NCBI GenBank assembly: GCA_021802045.1
Contig: JAKABB010000002.1
Coordinates: forward strand, 17,681-81,680
Reading direction: 5' to 3'
DNA from: a bacterium
GTDB lineage: Bacteria > Chloroflexota > Dormibacteria > Aeolococcales > Bog-877
Length of the DNA stretch: 64,000 nt
Part shown: positions 46,840-54,302 of the stretch, piece by piece
How the letters are laid out: every line of letters starts with the position of its first letter
Numbering within the stretch: position 1 is the stretch's first letter
Notes under the pieces: generated by a model
Databases searched by the model: none
What the model saw: only the letters and a program-made list of their open reading frames with translations
What the model was told of the DNA's origin: nothing
Made by a program: the position numbers and the translations under genes

Positions 46840-47720
46840 CCGATCCGGGGACCGCCTGGAGCTGGCTGGGCTCCGGCTGGCCACGGGCCTGGCGGCCCGA
46901 CACGGTGGTCTTCGATGTGGACGGGGTGCTGATCGACACGCGCCGCTCGTTCCGGCTGGCGGTCCAGGACGTGGTGGTGGCCGCCCAGCGACTGGCGGGC
47001 CGACCCCGTCCCTGGCGGCCGGGCGCCGGCGACATCGCGCGCCTGAAGGCACGCGGGGGGTTCAACTCCGACATCGACTGCAGCGTCCACCTGACCCGCC
47101 TGGCCCTGGCGACCGTCCGTGGGGTCCCGGACGTCGCTCAGCCGGCCGCGGCCAGGGACGCTCCGCCGGGCGCCGACGGCGCCGATCCCTCCCTGATCGA
47201 GCGGCTCTTCGCGGAGCGCTACTGGGGCCCAGAGGCCTTCGCGCGCCACTTCGGTGAGCCGGCGCGCCACTTCACGGCCCCTGGGCTGCGGGCCGGGGAG
47301 CGGCTCCTGGCCCCCCCGGGCCTCCTGCCCGCCCTGACGGCCCGGGGCGTGCGCGCCTACGGGCTCATCACGGGGCGAACCACCCTGGAGACGGACGCCG
47401 CGCTGGAGTTCCTCAACTGGCCCCGGGGCACCTTCGCCGCCGGGGCGGTGGTGACGGGGGAGGAGCTGCTGAAGCCGGACCCGGCCGCGCTGCATCGGGT
47501 GGTGCACGCTTGCGGCACCACCCGAGGCCTCTTCGTGGGCGACGTTCGCGACGACGCCCAACTGGTGCGCCGCTACCGGGAGCGCCCCGGGGCGGCGGAC
47601 GTCCGCCTGGTGCTGGTGGGGCCGCTGGCGCGGAGGCCGGGGACCTGGGGCGCGGACGCGGGCCTGCGCACCGTGGCCCAGCTGCCAGAGCTCCTGGACC
47701 ACCTGGGCTCCCCGGGCTGA
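46836..47720 (+). CDS. HAD-superfamily hydrolase
   Basis: FDVDGVLIDT, ITGR, KPDP, FVGDVRDD. Confidence 0.85.
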   Translation: MTDPGTAWSWLGSGWPRAWRPDTVVFDVDGVLIDTRRSFRLAVQDVVVAAQRLAGRPRPWRPGAGDIARLKARGGFNSDIDCSVHLTRLALATVRGVPDVAQPAAARDAPPGADGADPSLIERLFAERYWGPEAFARHFGEPARHFTAPGLRAGERLLAPPGLLPALTARGVRAYGLITGRTTLETDAALEFLNWPRGTFAAGAVVTGEELLKPDPAALHRVVHACGTTRGLFVGDVRDDAQLVRRYRERPGAADVRLVLVGPLARRPGTWGADAGLRTVAQLPELLDHLGSPG

Positions 47721-47736
47721 TCCGGCCCGGCGGGCC

Positions 47737-48195
47737 CTACTCCCCGGCGGCGGGGGGCGCCACGCTCACCTCGACGCTGATGCCGTCGCGGACGCTCTGG
47801 GTGACGACGCAGAAGTCTTCGAAGAGCTCCAGGCAGCGGGCGGCCCGGGCGCGGTCCTGCGGCTGCAGGTTGAGGTCGATGTGCACCCGCAACCCCCCGA
47901 TCCGCAGCCGGCCGCGGGGGTTCCGCTCCAGGGTGCCGGTGACGGTGGTGCGGATCCCCGACACCGGGATGCGGGCCTTGCTGAGGCAGAAGAGGGCGCT
48001 GGCGCTGAGACAGTGCCCGGTGGCCGCCGCCAGCATCCGCGAGGCGTTGGGCCCGGCCCCGCTGCCGAGCGGCGCGGGTTCGTCCATGACCATGGGGGCC
48101 ACCCCCGGTTGCTGGAAGTCGACCGCGAACCGGTACGCCTCCTCCTGGGCCAGCTCGACCCGGAAGTCCTCGCGGGGCGCCTCGTCTGCCGTCAT
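47737..48195 (-). CDS. OsmC/Ohr-family protein
   Basis: DEPAPLG.GAGPN, CLSAS and FCVVTQS cysteine pair; AAGGAGG RBS. Confidence 0.85.
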   Translation of the reverse strand: MTADEAPREDFRVELAQEEAYRFAVDFQQPGVAPMVMDEPAPLGSGAGPNASRMLAAATGHCLSASALFCLSKARIPVSGIRTTVTGTLERNPRGRLRIGGLRVHIDLNLQPQDRARAARCLELFEDFCVVTQSVRDGISVEVSVAPPAAGE

Positions 48196-48286
48196 ACCGC
48201 CTCCTTGGTGAGTCGACGCATCAGGGTGCGGGAGCCGCCGGCGGGCCGGTACGCGCCGGGGCGCGCACCGGCCGGGGCGGAGCCGC

Positions 48287-48580
48287 TCACGCCGCCGATC
48301 GCTGCTCCGTGCGCAGCACCGCCAGCAGGTCGGTGGCCTCCAGGATCAGGTGGTCCACGCCGTCCAGGCGCAGCTCGGTCCCCGAGTACTTGGGAAACAG
48401 CACCAGGTCGCCCGGCTGCACCTTGATGGTCTCGCTGTCGTCGCCGACGGCGACCACCTCCGCTCGCTGGGGCTTCTCCTTGGCCGTGTCCGGCAGGACG
48501 ATGCCGCTGGCCGTCACGCTCTTCTCCTCCAGCACCCGCAGCAGCACCCGGCTGCCCAGGGGTCGCACCTCTTCGGTCAT
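48287..48580 (-). CDS. groES: Second, stand-alone co-chaperonin GroES paralog
   Basis: [44 protein letters not shown]. Confidence 0.93.
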   Translation of the reverse strand: MTEEVRPLGSRVLLRVLEEKSVTASGIVLPDTAKEKPQRAEVVAVGDDSETIKVQPGDLVLFPKYSGTELRLDGVDHLILEATDLLAVLRTEQRSAA

Positions 48581-48686
48581 GCGCCTGTTGCCTCCTGTGG
48601 TTGACGGGGCCCGCGGATGGCGGCCCCTGGGGTTGAGGCGACCGGTCGGCCGGTCGCCCACGGCACGCCTTGGGGTCGGGGACCGG

Positions 48687-48950
48687 TCACCCCAGCCCGA
48701 GCAGCCGGTCGATCTGGGTGCGGTCGAATCCGACGATCGAGCGCCCGTCGATCTCGATCACGGGCACGCCCATCTGCCCGGTGCGTCGGACCAGGTCCCG
48801 GGCGGCGGCCGCGTCGCGCGACACGTCGACATCGCGGAACGGCACCTGGCGTTCGCGCAGGTAGGCCTTGGCTCGCACGCACCAGGGACAACTGGGTGTG
48901 GAGAACACCAGCACCTGATGCCGCCGCTCCACCGCTGGGGCAACGCCCAT
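48687..48950 (-). CDS. Glutaredoxin/NrdH-like protein
   Basis: STPSCPWC, GQMGVPVI, IVGFD. Confidence 0.9.
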   Translation of the reverse strand: MGVAPAVERRHQVLVFSTPSCPWCVRAKAYLRERQVPFRDVDVSRDAAAARDLVRRTGQMGVPVIEIDGRSIVGFDRTQIDRLLGLG

Positions 48951-48955
48951 CGCCT

Positions 48956-49336
48956 CTACCTCTCCTCCATCTGAGCCTGCGGCCCTGCCCGGCCAGCCAG
49001 GCGGCTGGCCACGATCGCGCGGATGATGTCGCACGCCTCGGTGATCCGCGGCTCACTGAGGCGGTAATGGACGGTGGTCCCGGTGCGGCGCGCCTCCACC
49101 AGGCCCGCGTGGCGGAGGACCGTGAGGTGCTGGCTGGCGTTTGCCAGCGTGGCGTCCATCCGTGCCGCCAGCGCCCCGACCGACTGCTCGCCGTCCCGCA
49201 GGGCCTCGAGGATCATCAGCCGCTTGGGGTCGGTGAGCACCTTGCAGATGTCCGCGTGCAGGCGGTAGGGGTCGGGGCCCAAGGCGACGTCGGGGTCGGC
49301 CCGACCGGTCGCCACGGAAGTCGGGCGCTCAGGCAC
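48956..49336 (-). CDS. ArsR/SmtB-family transcriptional regulator
   Basis: DPKRLMIL, SVGAL, SQHLTVLR.AGLV, R.G...YRL; probable leaderless GTG at 49336. Confidence 0.92.
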   Translation of the reverse strand: MPERPTSVATGRADPDVALGPDPYRLHADICKVLTDPKRLMILEALRDGEQSVGALAARMDATLANASQHLTVLRHAGLVEARRTGTTVHYRLSEPRITEACDIIRAIVASRLAGRAGPQAQMEER

Positions 49337-49342
49337 CGCATC

Positions 49343-49386
49343 ATCGTACCCCATGCTCCCATGCTTGCGCAACTAGGCAAGTATGG
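49343..49386 (-). promoter_or_regulatory. arsR promoter (TTGCGC-18-TACGAT) overlapped by an inverted repeat (candidate operator)
   Basis: -10 at 49343-48, -35 at 49367-72; CCATGCTTGC-N8-GCAAGTATGG (49359-49386, one mismatch). Confidence 0.55.
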
Positions 49387-49423
49387 TGCCCAGGGCCCGT
49401 CCGGGGCGTGGCCTCCGGATCGG

Positions 49424-50002
49424 TCAGAGGGCGTTGGCGCCCTGCTGGATCAGGGGGAACAGGAGTTGGCTGACCAGCACGAAGACCAGCAGCAGCACCA
49501 CCATGGCGGCCACGGCCGGCCCCTCCCCGGTCCCGACCATCCGCCGGTCCAGCCGCCGGAAGGGGGCCACGAAGCGGTCGGTGAGGGCTCGGGTCGTGTA
49601 CACCAGTGGGTGCCACGGGTCGGCGTGCAGGAAGGAGATGATGACCCGCACGAAGACTAGGAGCAGCACGATGAGCAGGATGGTGCTGATCACGCCCAGC
49701 ACCAGCGAGACCACCACCGCCACGGGGTTGGCGGTGACGCCCGCCGCCAACTGGTCACAGAGGCTGGCCAGCTCGTAGACCAGGATGATGGCCAGCACCG
49801 GCGAGAAGTCCAGGCCCCCGAAGGTGGGCAGGACCCGGCGCAGCGGCGCCAGGACGGGGTCGACCAGGCTGGTGAGGACCCGCACCACGGGATTGGCGGG
49901 ATCGGTGTGGAAGTAGGTGAGGATGATCCGAACGAAGATCACCAGGGCGTAGATGTTGAGGACCGCGGCGATGGTGGTGAAGATCGTGACGGTCACTGGC
50001 AT
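49424..50002 (-). CDS. yggT: YggT-family membrane protein (two YggT repeats)
   Basis: P.NP..R.L...DP.LAPLRR.LP..GGLDFSP; TATACT 7 nt before ATG. Confidence 0.9.
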   Translation of the reverse strand: MPVTVTIFTTIAAVLNIYALVIFVRIILTYFHTDPANPVVRVLTSLVDPVLAPLRRVLPTFGGLDFSPVLAIILVYELASLCDQLAAGVTANPVAVVVSLVLGVISTILLIVLLLVFVRVIISFLHADPWHPLVYTTRALTDRFVAPFRRLDRRMVGTGEGPAVAAMVVLLLVFVLVSQLLFPLIQQGANAL

Positions 50003-50163
50003 CCGATCGAGTATAGCCTCGGCCTCGTCCGGCGCCGGCGCGACGGCTCGCCCGGGCGCGGGCCCGGCGGGAGACGGCCAGCCCCTGCCGGCGGCCGAAG
50101 GGGCCGGGGGCGCAGGTGGGGGCCGCAATCGCCAAGGCCCCGATCAGCGGCGGCCCCGCCCGG

Positions 50164-50796
50164 TCACCCGCCCGACCCGTGCTGCCGGTGGCGCCACCAC
50201 CAGACCAGGCCCGCGCCCAGCACCGCGGCCACCGCCAGGGCCAGGCCTCCGTACCCCAGCTGCGACACCAGGGCGAGGGCGCGGCGCAGGTTGTGCCCCA
50301 GCAGCAGGCCGATCGTGACGATGACTCCCACCCACACCGCCGCGCCCAGGGCGTTGGCCACCAGGAAGCGAGGCCAGGGCATCCGGTGCATGCCCGCCAT
50401 GGGGCCGCCCAGGATCCGCAACACCGCCACGAAGCGGGCGAAGACGACCGAGGTGAAGCCGCCGCCACGGGCGAAGAAGCGCTCAGCCTGGTGGAACCGC
50501 TCCGGGGTGTAGAAGCGGCCCACAGCGGGCAGCGCCGCGAGCCGGCCCCCCCAGCGGCGTCCGATCCAGTAGCCGGCGTTGTCCCCCAGGACCGCGCCCA
50601 GGAAACCGGCCGCGGCGACGCCAACCGGGGAGAGCTGCCCCTGGGCCGCCAGCACGGCGGCGAGGACCAGGCTGGTCTCGCCGGGCACGGGGACGCCCAT
50701 GGACTCGATGCCGACCCCGAGGAAGGGCAGCAGATAGGCGGCGGGGCCGGTGAGGTGGAACCCGAGGACGGCCACGGCGATGAGGAGCAGGCTCAC
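50164..50796 (-). CDS. dedA: DedA-family membrane protein
   Basis: ESMGVPVPGE, GAVLGDNAGYWIGR, ARFVAVLR, AGM..M.W.RF. Confidence 0.92.
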   Translation of the reverse strand: MSLLLIAVAVLGFHLTGPAAYLLPFLGVGIESMGVPVPGETSLVLAAVLAAQGQLSPVGVAAAGFLGAVLGDNAGYWIGRRWGGRLAALPAVGRFYTPERFHQAERFFARGGGFTSVVFARFVAVLRILGGPMAGMHRMPWPRFLVANALGAAVWVGVIVTIGLLLGHNLRRALALVSQLGYGGLALAVAAVLGAGLVWWWRHRQHGSGG

Positions 50797-50903
50797 CGGT
50801 GGGAGACTCCCGTGAGGGGGGCGCCGTGGGAGCAGCCGGGCCGACGGCGTCGCACCGTCAGTGGCGGGCGGGCCCTCACCGGACCCAGCGCCGGGCGAGA
50901 CAT
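50793..50903 (-). CDS. Possible 36-aa Arg-rich leader ORF coupled to dedA
   Basis: GGAGG 7 nt before ATG 50903; stop overlaps dedA GTG (GTGA). Confidence 0.4.
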   Translation of the reverse strand: MSRPALGPVRARPPLTVRRRRPGCSHGAPLTGVSHR

Positions 50904-51563
50904 GGTCGGTCCTCCGGTGGGCAGGGGCGGCGCTGACCGATCATCGGGGCCGACCCCGGGTGTGCAAGGCCAGCGTCGCAGCTTAGCCGCGCCGACCGGG
51001 ACGCGGGGCCAAGGAGCCGGACGGCGTCCGTGCCGGCCGTGGGCGCGCGGGGGCGCGTCGCGACCCTCTCCGGGCCGGTGGGCGCATCCAGGTCGCCGGC
51101 CCAGGTGGCGGCGGCGCCGGGAGGGATCGCGGGGCGCTGAGGCCTGGCCTTGCGGTCCGCCTCGGCGGACGTCCCATCGCCCGTGGACCGAGTCCATGGG
51201 CCAGGTGTCGAGGACGGCGCTCATGAGGGCGATCGTCGGTCGGAGGCACCCGGCCACCGGGGCGACCGACGCCTCGGGGCGCTGGTCGACGAGGCGCCCG
51301 ATCCGGCCGGGGGCGACGGCCCTCCCGTTCCCAGGCGCGGCTGATCACCCTCGTGGGATCGGGGCCGGCACGACTGGTCTCCCCGCACCCGCCGGCCCGC
51401 GCGAGCGGCCGGTCGTCCCGCCCAACGGCTGCGGGCGGGATCATGCCAGTGGCGTCCACCACGCGGACCGCCCACACCCGGCCCCCGCCGCGCTCGTGCC
51501 GCCAGTGGTGCCGCGGGGCGGCCGCCAGCGACAGAGCCCGTCTGCCGCGGGGCGACGGTCGAA

Positions 51564-51623
51564 GTGCCAGCAGTGGGGGTCGAACTCACGCGAGCTTGCG
51601 GACATCAACGGTTCTTGAGACCG
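51564..51623 (-). repeat. att site: degenerate duplicate of the 3' ~57 nt of tRNA-Leu(CAA)
   Basis: GTGCCAGCAGTGGGGGTCGAACtCACgCGAGCTTGCG...TCAACGGTTcTTGAGACCG vs the tRNA; three substitutions, a small indel, no CCA. Confidence 0.92.
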
Positions 51624-51725
51624 TGTCAAAGAGTCCAGGGCAGTACACGGGCGTCCATTCTGAGATCACAGCAGAGTGGTCCAGTCGTCCAGGATCGTCC
51701 ATCCTTGACCACACAAGTCCAGCGG

Positions 51726-51749
51726 CTATGCGGTCAGTTATGCGGTCAA
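51726..51749 (+). repeat. Candidate integrase arm-type sites (left pair)
   Basis: CTATGCGGTCAG-TTATGCGGTCAA; matches 54076-54099 at 23/24. Confidence 0.75.
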
Positions 51750-51809
51750 GACCGGCCGTGCGGGAGCTGCCTCCGGCAGCCCGGTGGCGGTAGGGGAATA
51801 GGGGCCCCC

Positions 51810-52002
51810 TCAGCGCAAGGGGAGCCCGGATTGGCGCCGGATGCTGGCGAGCGTCCCGGGCGGCACCTCCCCCCCCGAGCTTCCCGCTGACGGTCACGCG
51901 CCCCCGCTTGACGGGGTGACGGAACTGTCGGTGGTCGCCGACCGTGGCGACGCGGACCCAGCCGTCGCGGGTGAGAGCGGCGATGACCTCTCGGGCGGTC
52001 AC
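51810..52002 (-). pseudogene. hicA: HicA-family mRNA interferase toxin, frameshifted in a G8 run
   Basis: MTAREVIAALTRDGW...GDHRQFRHP..RGRVTV; deleting one G gives EVPPGTLASIRRQSGLPLR*, 63 aa. Confidence 0.88.
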
Positions 52003-52310
52003 ACAGGGACGAGCCGGCGCGCTTGCCGAGCGCGCGCGGCCCGGGCGCCGGTTCGGGACGCTGGCACGATCGCCGCGTCAACGGCAGTGGGGCGGGGGAC
52101 GCGCAGGGCATCCGCGCGCATTCCCGCGACGTGCAACTCGATCGCCCCGGCGATCAGGCGTCGGACCTCGGAGCGGGTCGCCCCGACGGCCACGCAACCG
52201 TCGAGCTGGGGAACCCACGCGCCATACGCACCGGGACGGCCCTCAATCACCACCGCATACCCACGGGGCGACGGCCGCTCGATCTCGCGGGCTCGCACGG
52301 CCACTACCAC
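51999..52310 (-). CDS. hicB: HicB-family antitoxin (no DNA-binding domain)
   Basis: YAVVIE...YGAWVPQLDGCVAVGAT..EV...I..AIELH..GMR; GTGA overlap with hicA; start uncertain. Confidence 0.85.
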   Translation of the reverse strand: MVVAVRAREIERPSPRGYAVVIEGRPGAYGAWVPQLDGCVAVGATRSEVRRLIAGAIELHVAGMRADALRVPRPTAVDAAIVPASRTGARAARARQARRLVPV

Positions 52311-52540
52311 GCCCTCCGGCGGCGGTCGCGGGACATCGCCCGCTCGGACGCCTCGACCTGGCGCCGCTCCTCGGCGGACAGGGGCTCACCGTCCCAGGGC
52401 ACGGCGTCGAGGACGGCGATCATCGGGTCGATGCCTCGCCATAGGCGCCAGCGGCAGCGGGCCCGACGATAGGGGGCGGTGGTGGCGTTGTGCGCCCCGA
52501 TGACGAGCCGGTGGAGCTGGACGCGGTCCGAGACAGCCAT
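52304..52540 (-). CDS. Small hypothetical protein, possibly an antitoxin-like remnant
   Basis: GGAGGAGG RBS; LHRLV...DPMIAVLDAVPWDGEPLSAEE resembles small acidic proteins found with RelE/ParE toxins (recollection, unverified). Confidence 0.4.
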   Translation of the reverse strand: MAVSDRVQLHRLVIGAHNATTAPYRRARCRWRLWRGIDPMIAVLDAVPWDGEPLSAEERRQVEASERAMSRDRRRRAW

Positions 52541-52706
52541 CACGCCTCCTCCCGCCGGTGCACCTTCATGGACTGCATCGTACCCCAGTAGACGAGGAGG
52601 GGAGAGCGCCCACTTCCGCCAGTCCTGACGCCCTCTGGTCACCCGCTGCTTGAGCCCAGCACCGCGCAGAAGGTGTGACCGAAAGCGTTCGCTACCCTCA
52701 GAGGGA

Positions 52707-52908
52707 GAGTCCTACACGTGCGACCTATGCGGAGTCCTCTACGTTTCCTCGCGGCGGCGGCCCAAGGCGGGCCAGCGGCACTACAGCTCCACCTGCCGGC
52801 GTTAATAAAGACCCCCGGGGGTGGACGAAGGCCAAGCGCCTGCGGCAACGGGAGTGGCGCGCTCGAAGCAAGGCTCAGGCAGGCTCCACAGAGGCGGCGG
52901 CGCCGTGA
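52707..52908 (+). pseudogene. Remnant of a zinc-finger gene coupled to the integrase
   Basis: YTCDLCG...RHYSSTCRR* then, in another frame, AKRLRQREWRAR; stop overlaps the integrase GTG. Confidence 0.4.
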
Positions 52909-54066
52909 CCCGCTGCGGCCACGGCGAGGGCTCGATCCGCCACCGCGCCGACGGCCGCTGGGAGGCCGCCCTGCAGGTGGACGGGCGCCGCCGGAGCTGG
53001 CTGGGCAAGACCCGAACCGAGGTCGCGCAGAAGCTCTCTGTGGCCATCCATGCGCGCGAGATCGGCGCTCCCCATGAGCGGCCCCCGGCAGACCTTCGCC
53101 CGCTCCTGGGCCGACTGGCTCCCTGGGACGCGGACCCAGCTCCGCCCTCGGACGTGTGTGAACCCGGTATGAAGAGCTGGGCCGAGTCCACCTGCTGCCC
53201 GCCTTGTGGAAGCTCTCCCTGGCCCGGCTGGGCCCACAGCACGTTCGCGCACTCCACGAAGGCATGGTCGCCGCCGGGCTCTCGCCCTCGACGGCTCACC
53301 ACGCCCACGCTGTCCTGCACCGCGCTTTGGCCGACGCGGTTCGCTGGGGACTGGTCGGTCGCAACGTGGCCGGGCTGATGGCCGCTCCCCGGATGGCCGA
53401 GCACCAGATGCAGGCCCCCTCGGGAGAGCAGGCGCGGGCGTTCCTCGCGGCGGCACAGGGGGATCGCTTCGAGGCGCTCTATGTGCTGGCGATCAGCACC
53501 GGCATGAGGCAGGGGGAGTTGCTGGCGCTCCACTGGCGCGACGTTGACCCGGAGTCCTGGAGCCTCAGTGTGACCGCCAGCCTGCAGCGGGACAAAGGCA
53601 CCGTGACGATGGCTGAGCCGAAGACGCCCCGCTCTCGGCGCAAGGTCGCCCTCGCCACCCAGGCGGTGGAGGCCCTCCGGCGGCACCGGCAGGTCCAGGC
53701 CGCCGAGCGGCTGGCGGCCGGCCCCTTGTGGCAGGACTTGGCCGTGGTGTTCGCCAACGAGGGCGGCGCCCCTGTGAACCGAGATCGCCTGATCACCCGA
53801 TCCTTCAATCCTCTTCTGGCCCAGGCCGGGCTTTCACGCATCCGCTTCCATGATTATGCCGACGTCGGCATAATCACGATCTCCGCCACACGGCGGCCAC
53901 CCTGCTGCTGGCCCAAGGGGTCCACCCGAAGATCGCCCAGGAGATGCTGGGGCACGCCAACATCGCGGTCACCCTCGACCGCTACTCCCACGTCAGCCAG
54001 GACATGCAACAGGACGCCGCCCGCCTGATGGGGGAGGTGCTCTCCGGGCCGAGGCGCCCAACCTGA
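52905..54066 (+). pseudogene. int: Tyrosine integrase pseudogene (two frameshifts and a 26-bp insertion)
   Basis: GEGSIRHRADGRW, LRPRT, TGMRQGE, PKT, RFHD/LRH, MLGH, TLDRYSH; frames break near 53068, 53160 and 53851. Confidence 0.93.
53851..53876. repeat. Perfect 26-bp palindrome inserted in the integrase HxxR motif
   Basis: TGATTATGCCGAC|GTCGGCATAATCA; removal restores TTC CAC GAT CTC CGC CAC (FHDLRH). Confidence 0.93.
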
Positions 54067-54075
54067 GCCCAACCG

Positions 54076-54099
54076 CTATGCGGTCAGTCATGCGGTCAA
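54076..54099 (+). repeat. Candidate integrase arm-type sites (right pair)
   Basis: CTATGCGGTCAG-TCATGCGGTCAA between the integrase stop and the tRNA. Confidence 0.75.
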
Positions 54100-54156
54100 A
54101 CGCCGGTTCGGTGGGAGCCAGTGGGGCTCCTGAGCCCTCGATCTGATCTCAGAATC

Positions 54157-54242
54157 TGGTGCCAGCAGTGGGGGTCGAACCCACACGAGCTTGCGCTCAA
54201 CGGTTTTTGAGACCGCCGCGTCTGCCATTCCGCCATGCTGGC
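54157..54242 (-). tRNA. tRNA-Leu, anticodon CAA
   Basis: GCCAGCA acceptor stem, anticodon loop CTCAAAA, long variable arm GAGC-GCAA-GCTC, GGTTCGAC T-loop, encoded CCA; 86 nt. Confidence 0.97.
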
Positions 54243-54302
54243 CAGTCCGCCCGGGGTTGAGCGGGCAGGCGATGCCGACCCGGTCCTCGAGGGGCCCGCC
54301 GT

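Larger units (their letters stand above)
51564..54215. mobile_element. Decayed ~2.6-kb tyrosine-integrase element integrated in tRNA-Leu(CAA)
   Basis: Direct repeat of the tRNA 3' part (51564-51623 vs 54159-54215); integrase remnant next to the tRNA; paired end motifs; TA cargo. Confidence 0.9.

Noticed and set aside
48637..48658. Hairpin upstream of groES2 sharing CGACCGGCC with the groES-groEL palindrome
   Set aside because: Short GC-rich match, plausible by chance; different position relative to the gene
51000..51560. Unassigned ~560-bp stretch outside the att repeat
   Set aside because: No interpretable ORF, repeat or RNA motif; may be gene debris but cannot be supported
51564..51623. 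Second tRNA gene
   Set aside because: Lacks the 5' acceptor strand and D-arm, has a T-stem mismatch and no CCA; it is an att duplicate
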